A stretch of 63,320 bases of DNA, counting the filler, from Bipalium vagum (lineage: Eukaryota): the NCBI GenBank assembly GCA_037834085.1. It is 3 parts of 3 records of this genome, joined end to end, with 100 filler letters (N's around TTAATTAATTAA, not from the genome) between each part and the next. Parts side by side here need not be neighbours in the genome. Positions count along the whole stretch, not along the records: positions 17,953 to 44,176 come from JBBMKC010156910.1; 2 more parts are not named here. The stretch is one strand, 5' to 3'. Position 1 is the stretch's first letter. Each line of letters begins with the position of its first letter. This document shows positions 25,710 to 40,829 of this stretch, one piece after another. The translations under genes were made by a program, and so were the position numbers. Under the pieces are notes generated by a model. The model was not told the DNA's origin and ran no database searches. It saw only the letters and a program-made list of their open reading frames with translations.

Positions 25710-27700
25710 CATGGTGACCCACCTACACCATTACGGAAAAGTTCGTGATGGAAACTTTTCAGAGAGATGATAAATTAGAAAAGTTAAGTCAATCCCGAGA
25801 CTAGTATTTTGACATGGTAAAGATTAGGATGAACAGAGAATTTTGGATTGAAAAGATGATTCTGAAAGAATCCTATATAATCGCAATAGATAAAGCATAG
25901 GGATTTTGGAGAAAGAATTGTTGAACAAATTATTTGAAAATCAACCGAAAGTAAGAAGTACAAGAAGTTAAAATGTCATCAGAAATGTGGTGCCAATAAA
26001 TCTACCAGATAGAAGGTTATTAATATTTTATTTATGCAATAGATCTGTGGAAACATTATATTGTGTCCAGAAAGAAAAAACTGGCGGCTCTTAGATGTTG
26101 GAAAAGATGTCACATTCAAAAACATAATCCAAATACGAATTTTCAAATGTGGAACTTTTGATCATGTTAGTACTCCCTGCTCTAGATAATTAGGGAGAAG
26201 GTTTGGATACGTTAAAAGAGACGGAGATTATGAAAACAGCAGAAACTAAAATTTAGTAGCAGCTTAGGAAAAAAAATCTGGGATATCCAGGATTCTGGTG
26301 ATTACAGAATCCACTGTATTGAGTAAAAAATTAAAGCTAAGAATCCAAAAGGTTTTAGTCCAACAGGTAGGGAGATGATTATGATCATGTATTGAAGACT
26401 GATAACCATTACAGAATCAATAGGTTCAGGGTATAGGTGCTTGACAGAAGGAACGAAAACCAAAGGAGATTGGTGCAATCGGAATAAAAATTAAATCTGA
26501 GATAATGTCTGACAAAATGGATGAAAGACCTATTTTGTCCACAAGACAAAATGTTGAATGTTTGTTTTTTACTGGGTCAGAGTAACTTCCTTCTGCTTAA
26601 AAATTTTTGAATTCTTCAGAGACACCAAATTAGACAGAACATGAAGACATATTCGTTTGCAGAAATAAAAGCAGACTTTATATTTTGAACAACACATGTT
26701 GATGAGAAAATGGAGAAAATTCCTTTTATAGTTGCAGATTCTATTGTTCAAAATATTATTTGACGTATTGATTTTTTGACAAAATTCGGGTTAGTGTTGC
26801 TGTGGAAGAAGATGATTGAAAAATTAATCTGTTTACGACTGAAGGTGTAATTGATAGAATGATAAATCGTGAGGAATCTTCTCATCTGACAATAAGCGTA
26901 TTAAAACTTGATAAAACAAAAAATAGCAAATATTATTAAAGAAATATGAGGATTCGTTCATAACGGATAATTGGGACATCGGATATACACATTTAGTAAA
27001 ACATAGAATCCAAATGAAGAAAGGTTCAATTAATCTAAAACCTTGGCTTTGTCAATGCATTTCGAAAAAAAGATTCATGAGATGTTGAAGAATCTAATCG
27101 AAAACATTATTGTTCAATACAATTCATCATGGAACTCCTTTGTGTTTTAAGTTTAGAATAAGGATAAAGATATCTGGATTTGTTTAGAAATCATACAACA
27201 AAATGCAATTACTATTAGATAAGTGTTTCTGGTGATAAATACTGAAGAGATCATGGTGGATCAAAATATTTTAGCTCAATCAATTTGTTATCAGGTTGAA
27301 TTTCAAGAAAAACAGATTGTTCAACAAAAGAAGGAAAATTTTGTATTAACTGAATGCCATTTGGTATTAAACAGCACTGGAATTTTCCAAGAGCTTGTGG
27401 CAAAAGATAGGAAGACCTTAACTATGCAAGTCACCTTGAAAAGTTATTTATTTTTACCAGAAGTATTAAGGAACATTTTATCATATATTATAGACTATAG
27501 TCAAAAATGAAATTAAACCGAGAGAACCAAAACAATATCCTACTGTCCAAAAGAATTTTATAGAAAACCATCCCAGTAAGCGTAGATCAAAGCACAAAAT
27601 GCTTGGTGGTACTGAACTTTTCAATTAAAATGATAAGAAAAATTATGCTGGAATATGACCAATTCCAAAAATTATGGGAATTATTTTGAGATTTTTAACT
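25710..27700 (+). mobile_element. Degraded Gypsy LTR retrotransposon internal region (PBS, gag knuckle, RT N-terminus)
   Basis: PBS-like tggtgacccc at ~25712; knuckle CGTFDHVSTPC; RT DNWDIGYTHLVKHRI...SSWNS...IWICL, YQV and RMPFG-like remnants. Confidence 0.7.
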
Positions 27701-30700
27701 AGAGACATTTATAATGTTGATTTATTAATTTAAATTTATTTTTAAAAAACTTATTTTTTCCTTCCTGCTGCAAACATTTTGACCAAGTCACCAAATATTA
27801 AGATTTCCAGGATCCTCGAAGTCATTGGTAATACCTGAGACCTTCTGTACATCAAGGGTGTTATTTTAATTCAAAAGACTGTCAGTATTGAATTTACAAA
27901 GAAAATTTCTTACTTATTTAAAGTCGTTTCAACTTATTTTAGAGACATTTTATGAAAATATTAACAAAACCTGTGTAAATAAAAAATTAAGACAATCATT
28001 GACACCTTAAGTAGACATTGAAAATTCAAGTAACCGAATAAAAACCTCTCTCTATTCAGAAAGCTTTTGAACTAAATTAAAGCAAATAGAACAAAAGTTA
28101 TTCGCAAAATTAAAATTAATGACCGGTTAACTAATTATCTTATCTCTTTAATCTGTTTACAATTATAAGCCCTGTAGACTCAGACAATTGGAATATATTT
28201 TAGTGTTCAAAGCGTTTACTTTTGATATAGCAAGAAATACTAGTCGTTAACTTGAAATCATCCATCGCTTTATATATTTATAATGAGAGAGATAAGCCAA
28301 TTATAAGTTTATTTCCAATAGGAAGTAACAACAGGACATGGTTAATTAACTTCATTTTTGTTTTAACTGATTCCCCAGTACTGATTAATATATACGTTTT
28401 CTACTATATTTCCCAATCTATTAGATATATTTTAGACTATTTTCACTACCAAGTTTTTTGACTGTCGACGTCTGAGAAATGGAAACATCAAAATTAACAG
28501 ATTCGTGTCAGTCGACAAGAGAATTACGGTAGTTTGAAAAGGAAGTCTGGCATACGATTTTGGATCACATCAAAAGAAACTTTTTACGTGTTAGAAAGAA
28601 TAATCAATGAAGTCGACTTTCATCATTTTTAAAAGCTCTGGAAAATAATAGCATTCAATCAATGAATTTCTAAAATTACAGAAAAATTTAATTAGTCGAA
28701 AAACATAGATTTATATTTTATTAAATCTGTTTTTTTTTAATAATCACAATTATGCCGAATGTGGAATTTATATTTCCTGAAGCTTCCGATAGATTTTCCC
28801 GTTTCAAAAGAGAATAATTTGAAAACCTAATTTTGTAATGTCGAACAGTTTTAAACAAAAAAATCACTTTTTACATTTTTTAATTATTTAAACAAATATC
28901 ATTCGTTCAAGGTTGAGTTTGAAAGTCAAATTGACATTATAAAATTCGATATGTTAAGTAACCATTGGTGTTTATAAATATAATGAACTAAGCTGAACAT
29001 TTCTTATCGTGCAAAGTAATAATAAGAAAATTATTAATAATATTTGAGGTATAGAATATAAAAGGAAAAATTAAATCTATTAATCAGGAAACTTTCTGCA
29101 TTGTTTTTATTTTTTCCGTTTCAGACAAAGCATCTGTCGAAAAGTAGCATAATTTATTTTCATAAATGAATGAATATTTTTCTACTGAACTTTTATATAT
29201 ACTTTATTCATCATTTATTATAGTCGAGAACGATGAGGGGAAAGAAGATAGCAAATTACCTGTCTGGAATTAACATTTCTTAACCAATTCAAAGAATACT
29301 ACATTCTGATAGTATCAAAATATAAGTGAATAATTATTAAAAACTCTATGAATTAAGGGAAAACGTTTTTTTCAATATGAATCTTGGTCATTTTGAACAA
29401 TGAACATTAATTAGTTTGAAATAAGGAAAGTTTCTGTTTTATGTATTTCAAACAAAAATTGTTTATTTATTTATTATTTTTTTATAAATTTTGTATTAAA
29501 TCAGTTAAGTAAAGTTTGTTCATACTAATTTTCATTACGAACGTGTTGAAAAATCAAAACGTTGCTGTTCATATTGACCAAGTTTACTGAATATTCTAAT
29601 AATATTTTTACTAATAAAAATAAATAATATAAATACCCTGTATTTTTACGAGAAATTATAACCGAATCAAAATATATTGAAATGCTAAGCCGATTTACTA
29701 AAACCAATTCGAAAGATAGAAGCAGTTGAACAATTTTTAAAAAATTGCTAGAAAAATATGTTATATTCTGAATGTATTATTTCATAAGATTTACGGCTAA
29801 CACAGAACATAAGAAATAAAAGTAAAGAATGGAATATAAAAAAAATCAATAAAAAGTTGAAAATTTGTGAGAAGTGAGTTATAATTTTTTATAATGATTA
29901 TATATTTTTAAGACCATAAGAGATCAATAGAGAATTTTATTTCAATTACATTTGTATATTATACATATATATATTCATATATATGTATTGATTCATATTA
30001 TAACATTTACTAAGTTATGAGACGAAGAACGATTGCTCTTATATACTCAAGGAATTTCAATAATTTTCTTGATTCTAAGTTATATATTATTAAAAATGAA
30101 GAAAATTTTTACAGTAAAAAAATCAATTTTTAGTTCTTGTTTGAATCAATGATAATAATTAAATCGATTTTTTAATCAAGAACTTTATTAGTTACTGGAA
30201 TAAGTTTATATAACATTAACAATAATATTTCATACTTGAATAATCAAAATCTTTAATATTTTGATTAATTCAAAGTTAATCAAACTTATCCAATAAAATC
30301 ATTATTATTTTAAAATATTTTTATTATTACCAAAAATAAAATTCAATAATTTTTGATTTTTTAATACATTTCTGGAAATTTTTTGATGGAAAATTTTTTA
30401 AGATTTGTTTATTCTATTTTATTTATAAGTCTACGAATTTTATTAATCATATAGAATTACTCTTGATTTGAATTAATAAATGCTTCGTGAATATTTTTGT
30501 AATGCTTGTTTATCTTTTATTTTCAATTATATTTACGTCAACTTTATCTAAGTTTCAAAAAAAAGATTAATTTAATTAAAAATTTTAAAATCACAAAATA
30601 ATATATATATCTTAAATAAAAATTGATAAAAAGTTGCTAAAAGGTTTAATACTTATTTTAAACAATTAATATCCAATGTAAATATTCTTGAAAATAGACT

Positions 30701-31561
30701 AATTTGATTGTATCTGAAATTTTTCATTACAAGTCGGAGATGCAATGACGGAAATTATATGAATAAATATATTGAAACTGTCGAGAATATACTACATTAT
30801 TTTTTAGGTTTATTTCAATTATATATTAATTAATAAATGGATGTTGATAATTTAATGCCTGGGAACTGCAGAGTTTTGTCAATTCTGGAGGGAACGCATT
30901 GTTCTGCTATTTGTTTTAATGTTGTCAATATACTTTTTATCGTGGTCTCACAACTTAATTATTTTATATAAGCAAAATAAAGTCTATATATATATAGATG
31001 CAGGAAAAATAATATTGGATTATTTAGCAGGATATATTTCCTCTATCAATTGACGATATTAATAAAAGGTAAAAATAATTAATATTATTGTTTAATTCAC
31101 TTATTTATAGTATTATCCGAATTAGTTTTGAAGAATGTAATTTTATATATTGGGGATTATATTACATCAAGGAAAATTATTTATTTTCTTGACATTAATA
31201 AACATTCTAAGTAATTAATTAGACCATATTTTTTCAATAAGGAAAAAAAATATTTTTTTTTAATATAAAAATATAAAATAATTATTTTAGTTGCCAAATT
31301 TAATTGTAAATTTGTTGAGTATGTACAAATAATATAACAAGTATAGAGGTTATTGAAGATTGTATCTGGAAATTACGATAAAATCAGTTAAAATAGAAAG
31401 GAATACAATATTATCTATTTATCAATCATTAAAAAGGATCTCGTTATTGATCTGTTAATTAAAAGATAATAATTAAATTTCTTTATTTAATTAATATGTA
31501 AGATTTTTTAATTCTAATGAAAAATTATTCAATCAATAAAATTACTTCCATAATAAAATTA

Positions 31562-32745
31562 TGGTTGGTTGTCCAATATGAAATGTCATATTTTTTATTT
31601 GTACTTTCAAAATAAAATTATTCAATTAGTAATAATTCCATATCTTGTTTAAATATACAAGATTAAAGCAGGGATTGTTAAGGTTTGCTTACATTGGGTA
31701 GGTAAGCATGTTTATTTTTTATTCTTTTTTAAGTATGGTAAATCAACAAATTTGAAGTTCCATATTTAAAGAGTATAAACTCAAGAAAACGTATCAAAGG
31801 CGTATAAAAACATCAGTACTGCATGGGGTGGAGACAGCTCTAATAAAACAATGGTGGTTCAATAAATTTCAAAATGGTTGCTTATGTCAAAACAGATTTA
31901 AAGCATCTATTGAAGGAAATACTCACTAAACAATGAGAGAACTTTCCTAAAATCTTAATGCGTCAAAATCTACTATTTCTGTTCATTTCTAAAAGCTTGG
32001 GAAGATCAAAAACTTCGATTCGTGGGCTCCACGTGATTTGACTGAAAATAAACAAAAGGCAAGAGTAGAAATTTGTTTTGACTTAATTATTCTAAACCAA
32101 TTTGATTCCTTTTTTCCTCACAATGTTACATGTGACGAAAAGTAGACTGTGTACCATAATCTTCGACAACCAGCACAATTCCTAAAACCTAATGAACAGC
32201 TCACACATATGTCTAAGCCCAGCCTTCACCAAAAAAGACAATGATGGCTATTTGGTTGTCTGCAGTTAGCTTAACCCATTCTATTTTTTAAATTTAGGTA
32301 AAACTATTACTAGAGTTATACTGTTAGGAAATTGAGATTATACACAGAAAGTTTCTTGACAAACAGTCGGGGCTGATAAATTGGAGAGACCCAGTTTTTC
32401 TTTATAAAAATGCAAGACTACATATTTCTCAAATGTCTGCACAGCAATTACATGAGTTAAAATATCAATTTTTGTCTCAACCACCTTATTCCACGGATCT
32501 TTTACAAACAGATTATAAGCTGTTCAAGCACATGCATACTTTTCAATAAAGCTTTTCACAACCAAAGGTGTGAAAAAATACCTTTCTCATTTTTTTTAAT
32601 CTTGAAATTTGTATCAATAAACTATTTGCTCATTAAAAAGACTGTTTTAACAGTAATGGAAAATATTCTGATTAATAAAAGTTATTTAATACCGGTTCTT
32701 TTTTTTTCGTTACTACTAAATACGGCATTTATACGGGAAAAATGA
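31562..32745 (+). mobile_element. Near full-length decayed mariner, same family as 4628-5319
   Basis: TIR ggttgtccaatatgaaatgtc; MVNQQI, WAPRDL, VTCDEK, KPSLHQKK, QPPYSTDLLQTDYKLFKH. Confidence 0.9.
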
Positions 32746-33099
32746 TATATAATACTTTAGAATTACAAGATATAAATTTAAGGAATTGTAAAGAAAACAA
32801 AGTAAAATATATAGCTGAATCAGGACACCGCACTCTAAACATTATCTAACTCGTTTATGTTTTTTGTATATCTTGGAAGGATGAGCCAAAAATGATATCT
32901 CGTGGTTTTCACAGCTACACCAGATAGTATCTGGATTTTTAGAGTATTAAGATTTATTGCTCTATCCATTTACTTGACATATTCAAATTATTATTTATGC
33001 AAACATTTTTAGCTGTTCACTTAATTTTAGTTTTTTCTCTATGAAGTTTCCAGTAAATGAGGCGTACAAATACTTTTCTTCAATAGGAAAAGTTCTATG

Positions 33100-33570
33100 A
33101 ATACACATAAATTACATGTTGATGCTCTTGGAAATCATGCGTTACTTGAAAAAAAATTGCCGAAAATAGTTTCAAAAATTCAAAATTAATATTCCAATGT
33201 GAGAGACAAAAGTAAGGAAAGTTAAAAAAACTATTTGAAAACTTTAGGCAAGTTTTATTGGACAAATACCATCAGTGAAATGAAAGAATATCATAATAGA
33301 ATATGATAATAGAATGCTTCACTAAATGTAACTCAAAAACAACTTTCAAACCACTTCGGTAATATGGGAGGGATTCGGGTAAGGTAGTGTATGCCTTATA
33401 AATTATAAAATATTTTAAAAAGAAAAGAATATCTCGAAATTTGATTGAAAAGAGTAAAAGATACGTATGTATCATAAATACTAACCGAATTTGAAAGTTG
33501 CCTTATTTTATCAATCATATAATTAAAACTTCATGGACTAATCCTGGACAACCAAACGACTTAACACTGA
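33100..33570 (+). mobile_element. Degraded Gypsy-like integrase fragment
   Basis: KTLGKFYWTNTISEMKEY zinc-binding-domain-like remnant. Confidence 0.35.
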
Positions 33571-36500
33571 TACCAAATTTTTATTTTTTAAAAATTTATT
33601 AAGTTTACAGTGTGACCAAGAAGAAACCATGTCCTATAAACTGCTGAAACAATGAGAACCAAATCCAAGATAACAATATATTTGTAGTTATTATTTTCCT
33701 TTTTATTGTTACCTAATAAAATTATTTTTCTTACAATCTCTGTTATACGTCGATAAGCTATAACAGGATTTGTTTCTATCAATTTTGTACTTTCATACAA
33801 TAGTTTTCTCTATTACTTATCTCAATAAATTGAAACAAATGAGCATTTATTATTTTATCATTTAATAATACAAAGAGTTTTTTCTTTTTATCAGATCAAT
33901 GTAAATTAAGCAGATTAAAAAATCTCATTGAAAAATATAAACTTCATTTACTTTAAGTATTTAACTGTTTGTATAAACCATATATCATAAATTGGAAAAT
34001 TCTAACTTAAGGGATTATATTATCAGTACAGATATTTTCTGAGGTTTTAAATTTATTAAATTTCTGCATTATAAAAATTTTATTCAAAAATACTTAAGAA
34101 TTTTTTCAAAAAAAATTAACTTGGGTATTTTGAACCGTTAGTTGTTTATAGGAAAAATGTCTTCAATCAATATTTTTGAAATGGGAATGTATTTACTTTG
34201 TTTTATTAAATTACTTTAATCCATATATAAATCTGTATAATTAATAGCCATAACAGGTAGATTTTAGTTTATTAGTTATAAATCTTTATAACTAATAGTT
34301 ATATTTTAGTTTATTTTCTAAGTTAATCTTTAAACTTAATAGTTACCAAAGTATCCACTGGTAAAAAGTCCATTATATTATTAATAAAAGGTTGCTGAAG
34401 GAAATTTCAACCGAAAATATCTATCAGCCACTAACTTTTGTATTAATTTGACACCAAATAAAAAATAAAATGTTTAAACCATGTTATGATGGGGAAGTTA
34501 TTGATATGCAAACTAAGAAATGGTTACGAAAAATCAAAACTATGTACAGAAGGTTAAAAAATCATCTAAAGAGGAACTGTATATCAATTGCAAATAATGG
34601 CGTGTTTGAGAAATTTTCAACTCATAAGAAATCAGATCTTTCACGTGCGCATGAACTGCTCTGACTCCTGGGCTACATCCCCAAACTAATTTTCAATTAA
34701 TCTCAAAATCTTCATCATGGTAATTTTACATGGCTCATGCTTTTAGAAACTTATTAGAAAATTATTACAGTAAAAAACGAAGGCGATGCAAAATTGATTA
34801 TTTAAAAAATGTTAAATACAAGAGATCTAAAATACACTTTCTCAAAAATTCAATATACCAAGCATCCGAAGAGTTTCATTCAGTTTTATATAATATGAAA
34901 GTATAAATTATAATTTTCTGTGAACCAACGCTGTTAAGTATGGTCGGCAACTAGACGAACTGAATAATGAAGTACCTCAAACTCCGGAAATATATAATAT
35001 GCAATAAGAGACATCAGACAAAATTTGTCAGTCTTTGAGTAAAATATTTTCTCACCTTGCTCATTCTCATTATTACCCTATCGTTTCAGTTCCTTGGGGA
35101 ATTATTTATATGAATTTTAGTTTTTAGAAAGTGTCACGAACCACCTAGGATATGTTTCAGTTAACATTACATTCTTTACATGTGGTAATTATGATATAAA
35201 ATTGCAACTCGGTAGAAACAGGTGATTGAACAAAATGATCAATATAAACTTCTGTTATTTAAAAGATTTTTAATTTTTTTCATATGAAGTAACCTTTGTC
35301 CAACCTATTATAATGAAAATCTATATATTATAATTTTTTGTATTAATTGTTTTAAAAATCATTTTCTATAATATACATATACATCGAAACAAAGAATATT
35401 TTTAAAAAAAAATAGTTTTGGTATATATATTAGTATTTCTTGAAAAAAAATCTTACCATTTGTCAGCATTGTAGAATCCAATAATAATATATTTTGTTTT
35501 ATAATTTGTTATTAAATATATAAAACTATTGTCTAATTTTGTATAGCCAATCATTTTCATTCTTTATTAAAAATGTAAAATTCCTTTCATAAAACTACAA
35601 TTCATTGTAAATAATAATTCTTTTGTGAAATATTAAATAATAATTTATTTTCTAAAGATACAAAAATAAATAAAAGTAATAATATGTGGAGATTTGATAG
35701 AAAATTCTTGAACGATACTGTTAATTAATAGATGCATTTTAATTATGTACAATGAATAAAAAGTATAAAACTAAAAATATAAAACTAAACTATATATACT
35801 GTTAAAACATTTCTTAAACTCACTTAGATTATATTTCAACCATTTTTACTAGATAGTGTAAAAATTAAGTAAACAAATTATTTTAATACTACTTTAATAT
35901 TATAACGTGTTTTGGTTTTATTCTTTCAGGTGATCTCAATTTTTGTAAATATTAAAACTCATGATTGTTTATTAATTTCTTCATTATTGTTGGCTCAAAC
36001 TAATTTTTAGACTAAAAATTTTATTAAATCATCGAAAAATGAATATCGATTTTATTTTAAATAAAAATTTTCAAAATTATTTTTAAAATAATTTTCCATT
36101 TAGTTTTTCAACTTCCTAAACTCAAAGATAAATTTTTTTAATTTATGCTTATTCAATTATATTTTTCATTTTTATCAATCATTTCCTGCCATTTTCTCGT
36201 TAAATTATAAAACTTTTTAACTCATGATGTAGACAAAATGTCTGATGTGAGTTTAAATAGGCATTAAATGACCATTAACCAAAATTGAAGAATGTTTTAA
36301 AAATTTTATATTTTATTAAGAAGATTAATAACATATTTTTACGTCTAATGAACTCTGTGTTGAATCGATTTAACTAAGTATCACATGAACTTCTCATCGG
36401 TTTATCTGAAATTAAAAAAATAGAATCTTTAAATATTGTATAATTTTCAGGTTTTTAAGTTGTATTATTTTTAAAAGATAAATTATTCCTATCAATGTCT

Positions 36501-36779
36501 GGTGTAAACTAATTTAATATTAGAAATAAAAAATGTAAATATTTTAATAACAAAAGCCTAAAAGAACTCTGGTTTTGAGGCGAACTAGTTAGAGACTTAC
36601 TTTAAAGGTCTCCATACGTTTAGAGGTCCTATTCAAGAAATTCATGTACCATTGACCAGAACACATGAAAATCTAAAAAAGCAAAATTTTGTAAATGTGG
36701 CCAATTGGTTAGTGCTTCCTAAGTATCTTTTAATATGCTTTTTGCTACTTTAGAAGAGTGTAACAGTACGTTGTAATAG

Positions 36780-36990
36780 AGCAAAACTACTTTACCATGT
36801 CTATTTGACTATTCTGAAGGTTAGCAATTAAACATTTATTCAGCTGGACTAATTGATTTTAATAGTGCTCAGATTTACCAATTTCACCTGACTTGAGAAG
36901 CAAATGATACACCACACTTTTTTAATCCCACCAGAGGTATTGCATTTTTTCCTTTCCAAAGAGGCTTGGTTTTGCAGTCTGTGTTGACGT
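36780..36990 (-). mobile_element. Mariner internal fragment
   Basis: TAKPSLFGKEKMQYLWWD-KSVVYHLLLKSGE. Confidence 0.7.
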
Positions 36991-37019
36991 TTGATCAAAA
37001 GTATGCTCAAGTAATGAAA

Positions 37020-37510
37020 ATCGTAAAAGTGTTAGCTGCAGATTATATTGTTAGCGATGGAATTGTTCTGATCTTTGTGATTTTTTAACAATAATAGATG
37101 AAAAACACCAACGAACCTGCAATAATCAGTACATAGATTCTGCTAAGCACTTGAATGCTAAACAATTTCAATGTGAGAAAAATGTGAAGAGACAAATTTT
37201 TATCGGTGATGCACTCACTTCTTCAAATGAAAAAGTTAGAAATGAATTTTTATGGAAATAGCATGAACATTTTTTGCTTGTGGAATTCTTCTTGCTGACA
37301 GATAATCCAAAAATGATTTCATACCTGCAGAAATACACTGGAAAGTCAATTCCAGATGAAAGTAAATTAAGGAAATCGTACATAAAATCCCTCCATGAAG
37401 AAATATTGACACTAATCAAAGAGGTAGTTGTTGATAATCCAGTATATTTTATAATAGACGAATCCATTGGTAGAGTGATCTTTCTCAACATACAATTATG
37501 TATCGCATGA
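37020..37510 (+). mobile_element. hAT-like/CGGBP1-related transposase N-terminal fragment
   Basis: IVSDG..., YIDSAKHL (zinc-finger-like), YLQKYTGKSIPDESKLRKSYI...VYFIIDES (first catalytic D). Confidence 0.7.
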
Positions 37511-37899
37511 CTGGAGATGTAGTCTGATCCAATAAATATCAAACGCTTGAATCTTATTTATTTTAATAGTTTTATGTATCATTTGTTCACTAACTAGTGT
37601 ATCAAACGTTAAACCTGACTCAAACTCTTAGGTGGTGCAAAAATAATAACAATCAGTAAAGCAAAACTTTTATTTATAACACAAAATCACAATGATAACA
37701 TTTACACAAAAATCTTCAAACTCAAGGATCACAATAAGATCTGAAATGTCTGCATTTGTCTTTATCAATCAAGCACAAAAGGTTTAATAAAGAAAACAAA
37801 ATAAACACTTAAATGACTTAATAGCCAAATTATAATAATAATTAATTAAAAATTATATTAATAATAAAGTTAACTGTTAAGCAAGAAGAAAATAAAAGT

Positions 37900-39000
37900 T
37901 AAATAAACGAGCTTACAGGCTAGCTTCGCTTAAACTTCCCGGTTTTAGCTGAACCTTTACAGTTGCTCAGAAATACCCCTCTGTTGGGGTACTCAAACAC
38001 AATGCCAGGGTTGGGTACATTAAAAATATACTTGGAATTCTCTGATAATCTCCTCCAAATAGGGATTGTCTTCTCCAAATAGCGATTGCCTTCTCCAAAT
38101 AGCGATTGGAGACAGAAACACTGACTGGATATGAGCTGTTCATCTTTTGGTGGTGGAAATCCTTTGCACTTGTTATACAGACATCTAGCAATGTGTTTCA
38201 TTGAACAAGATGGCATTTATTTCTGACCTGGGTAAATTTTTCGAAATTCAACATCTTATCGCTCATGAAACCATCTAAACCTGTCTTCCCGGTAGTACTA
38301 AACATACGATTCCATCACAATGATTCGTCCATACCTATGAATATTCATTTGTTGTCAATCATGTTTTCCACTAGAGAAGTCTTTCTGGACAAAATTTGCG
38401 TAGCTTCTTCTTTGTACAGTATTTACTGGTGATTCCTTCATTAGTTATTTCTGTTCCATCGTTTTGTATAATTTAGCCCAATTTCTAATATTGTACTATT
38501 GGATGAAGCTATTAGGGGTTCTCTGAATCCTGCATTTTATCCAGCTTTGATAACAAATCTTTCACTATTTCTTCTCTGGTCATACCTTTCGCAGAGCAGA
38601 ATCCAATAAATTCAGAACTCAAATTTCCAAATTTCCAAAGCGTTCATCTCCATTTTGCTTCATTTGTGCCAATTCCACAAATAGATCGGTAAAAGATTTT
38701 TTACTGTGAATGTAACAGTTAACCTCTTTAATTGTGGTATCTGACTTAGAATTTCACCCCAGAAATGCTGCTTCTTTGAACAATAAAAGGTCAGAAGCAC
38801 TACTGAGGTAAAACTTTCTAATATCTTCGATATCCTTTAACCACCGCTCAGCTTCTGTCGTGCTTCTTCAAATCTGGAAGTTTAAAAGTTCTTCAGCCTT
38901 CTTCATTAAAGCTTCCATAATAATTTTCTTCTGTTGTTTTGTAACATTCACGTTTCCAGTGTGGTTTCCAGTAAAATTTTGTTTAATACTTATTTAAAAA
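37900..39000 (-). mobile_element. Degraded LTR-retrotransposon gag with zinc-knuckle remnants
   Basis: Cys/His-rich HIARCLYNKCKGF...QCFC in ORF 37920-38216; LTR-like sequence at ~37598-37900 next to it. Confidence 0.45.
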
Positions 39001-39229
39001 AAACAGCAGTGTAATCAAAAAGTATTTATTAATTAAACTAAATTGCAAATTTTATAACTTTTATGTAAACTGTTTGGTCTGGAAAATAATTTCCAGTGTC
39101 TTTTGAAGAACTAAGAATAAATAAAAAAACTAAAATATATAAGCTTTATTCGAAAATATATACAGTCTGATACATTAAATTGTCCAGTAAATGAAATTAC
39201 ATTTATATTATATTTATATCATATTTATA

Positions 39230-39530
39230 TACAGAAAACAATATATATTGTTAATATTTGGTATATCCTCCAGCTGTATCGATTATTGCGGAAAGCCTTC
39301 GCTCCATAGAATCTACAAGGCTGTACCGATAATTCTCTTCTCCCATGATAGTGGTCCACAAATCCTGACACTTGCTGAACAGTCAGATGTAATTGGCTTT
39401 ATGATCACATGATTAAGCTGGTGTTTCATGCGCCCCCACACATTTTCGATGGGGTTAGCATCAAGACTGATTGTTAGCCACGGCAGAAGAGGTATATTTA
39501 CTGTTGGAGGTATCTACTTTCTTTTATCTT
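39230..39530 (-). mobile_element. Tc1 (DD34E) C-terminal fragment
   Basis: WLTISLDANPIENVWGRMKH matches the Tc1 WPxxSPDLNPIENxW motif. Confidence 0.8.
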
Positions 39531-40829
39531 TCAGGCTAATAATTAAGAAAATTATTTAAGAAACTGGGATATTTAATTTAATAAAAATTATTTTAATTAA
39601 AAATTATTAAATTAGAATTATTAGTTTAATCCATTTAGAAATCAAAGACTGGAAAAATGTAAATTAATGAGGTAAATAATATAGAAAATAAGAATTAAAA
39701 CTCAGGATTTTTAAAAAAAGTTTTAAAGTTTTAAAAAATTATTAGAAAATCTGTTTCAATAAAGTTCAAATGAAATTGTTTAATTTCATTGATTTTTTTA
39801 ATACATCGATTTTTTATGAACAGTCTGGCTTTAGAAAACCGACATTTTTTGAAAATTATTTTTTAACTGAAAATTTTTTTTTGAAAAAGATATCTGTTCT
39901 AGTAACTAACAAATAACTCCAGATCAAAATAAACTGTAAGAGAAGGACTTCATACATAATAAACCGACGCAAGCAAGACCATTACGAAGACCAACAGTAA
40001 ACTGGAACGCGTCTAAGGATCCAATTCAATAAAGAAATCATATTTTGATCTGCAGCTGGAGAATATATTTTAACCAATATTATAGAAGACAAATATCATA
40101 GACATAATTAGACAAAAATTCAGAAGCCATCCCTGGAGAGAAATCACAACCCAGACCTGTTCTTGTGGGTGAGTGGGTAAATAATTATGTTTTATAATTA
40201 TTTTATTACTATTATTATAATAAATGAAACTTACTGTTTTGGTATTTGTGGTCCTTTATTAAAAAATAAAACTGTCCTAAGTGTTGATCTTTATTCATAT
40301 TATTAAAAATGAAGGAAAAGAGCAACCTGAGAGTAATAAATTTTTTCGTAGACAATTATAGAACTGTTTAGTAGATAAATATATTCTCATAGAGGGATGA
40401 AGAGCTATAAATTTTGGAGCAGGCAGTCTAGCAGAAAAAAAATAAATTATCATCACTTAAAAATTTTTATACTATCCTTAAATCTAGCGGTATTTTTCTT
40501 ATGGTATTAACTCGCGTAAAAATGCACCATTGTTTAACATTTCATGTTATTGCTAATATTGCAGTTTTGGTAAAGGGATTATGATTTCCGTATTACGAAG
40601 TTCATTTGTGCTTGTACAAATAATGAAAAAAATAAAAACAATTTGTTTTATAAAAATTTTTATATTTCTTGAAAAATAATCTTAATTACCATTTTTCAAC
40701 ATTATAAAATCCAGTGACAATGTTTTTGTAAATTTTTATTATTTTCAAAATATTTATAATACAGTTATAAATAAAAATAATAATATTTTTAATATTTTAT
40801 CTTTAATGCTAACTTATTTATATCATTTC

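Noticed and set aside
27750-28650. Possible Mutator- or Harbinger-like peptide scraps
   Set aside because: Too short and degenerate to assign by eye
35445-35480. atgctgacaaatg-gtaag on the minus strand as the missing first exon of the channel gene
   Set aside because: Phase fits, but it lies within a dispersed repeat also present near 40690 and has no other support
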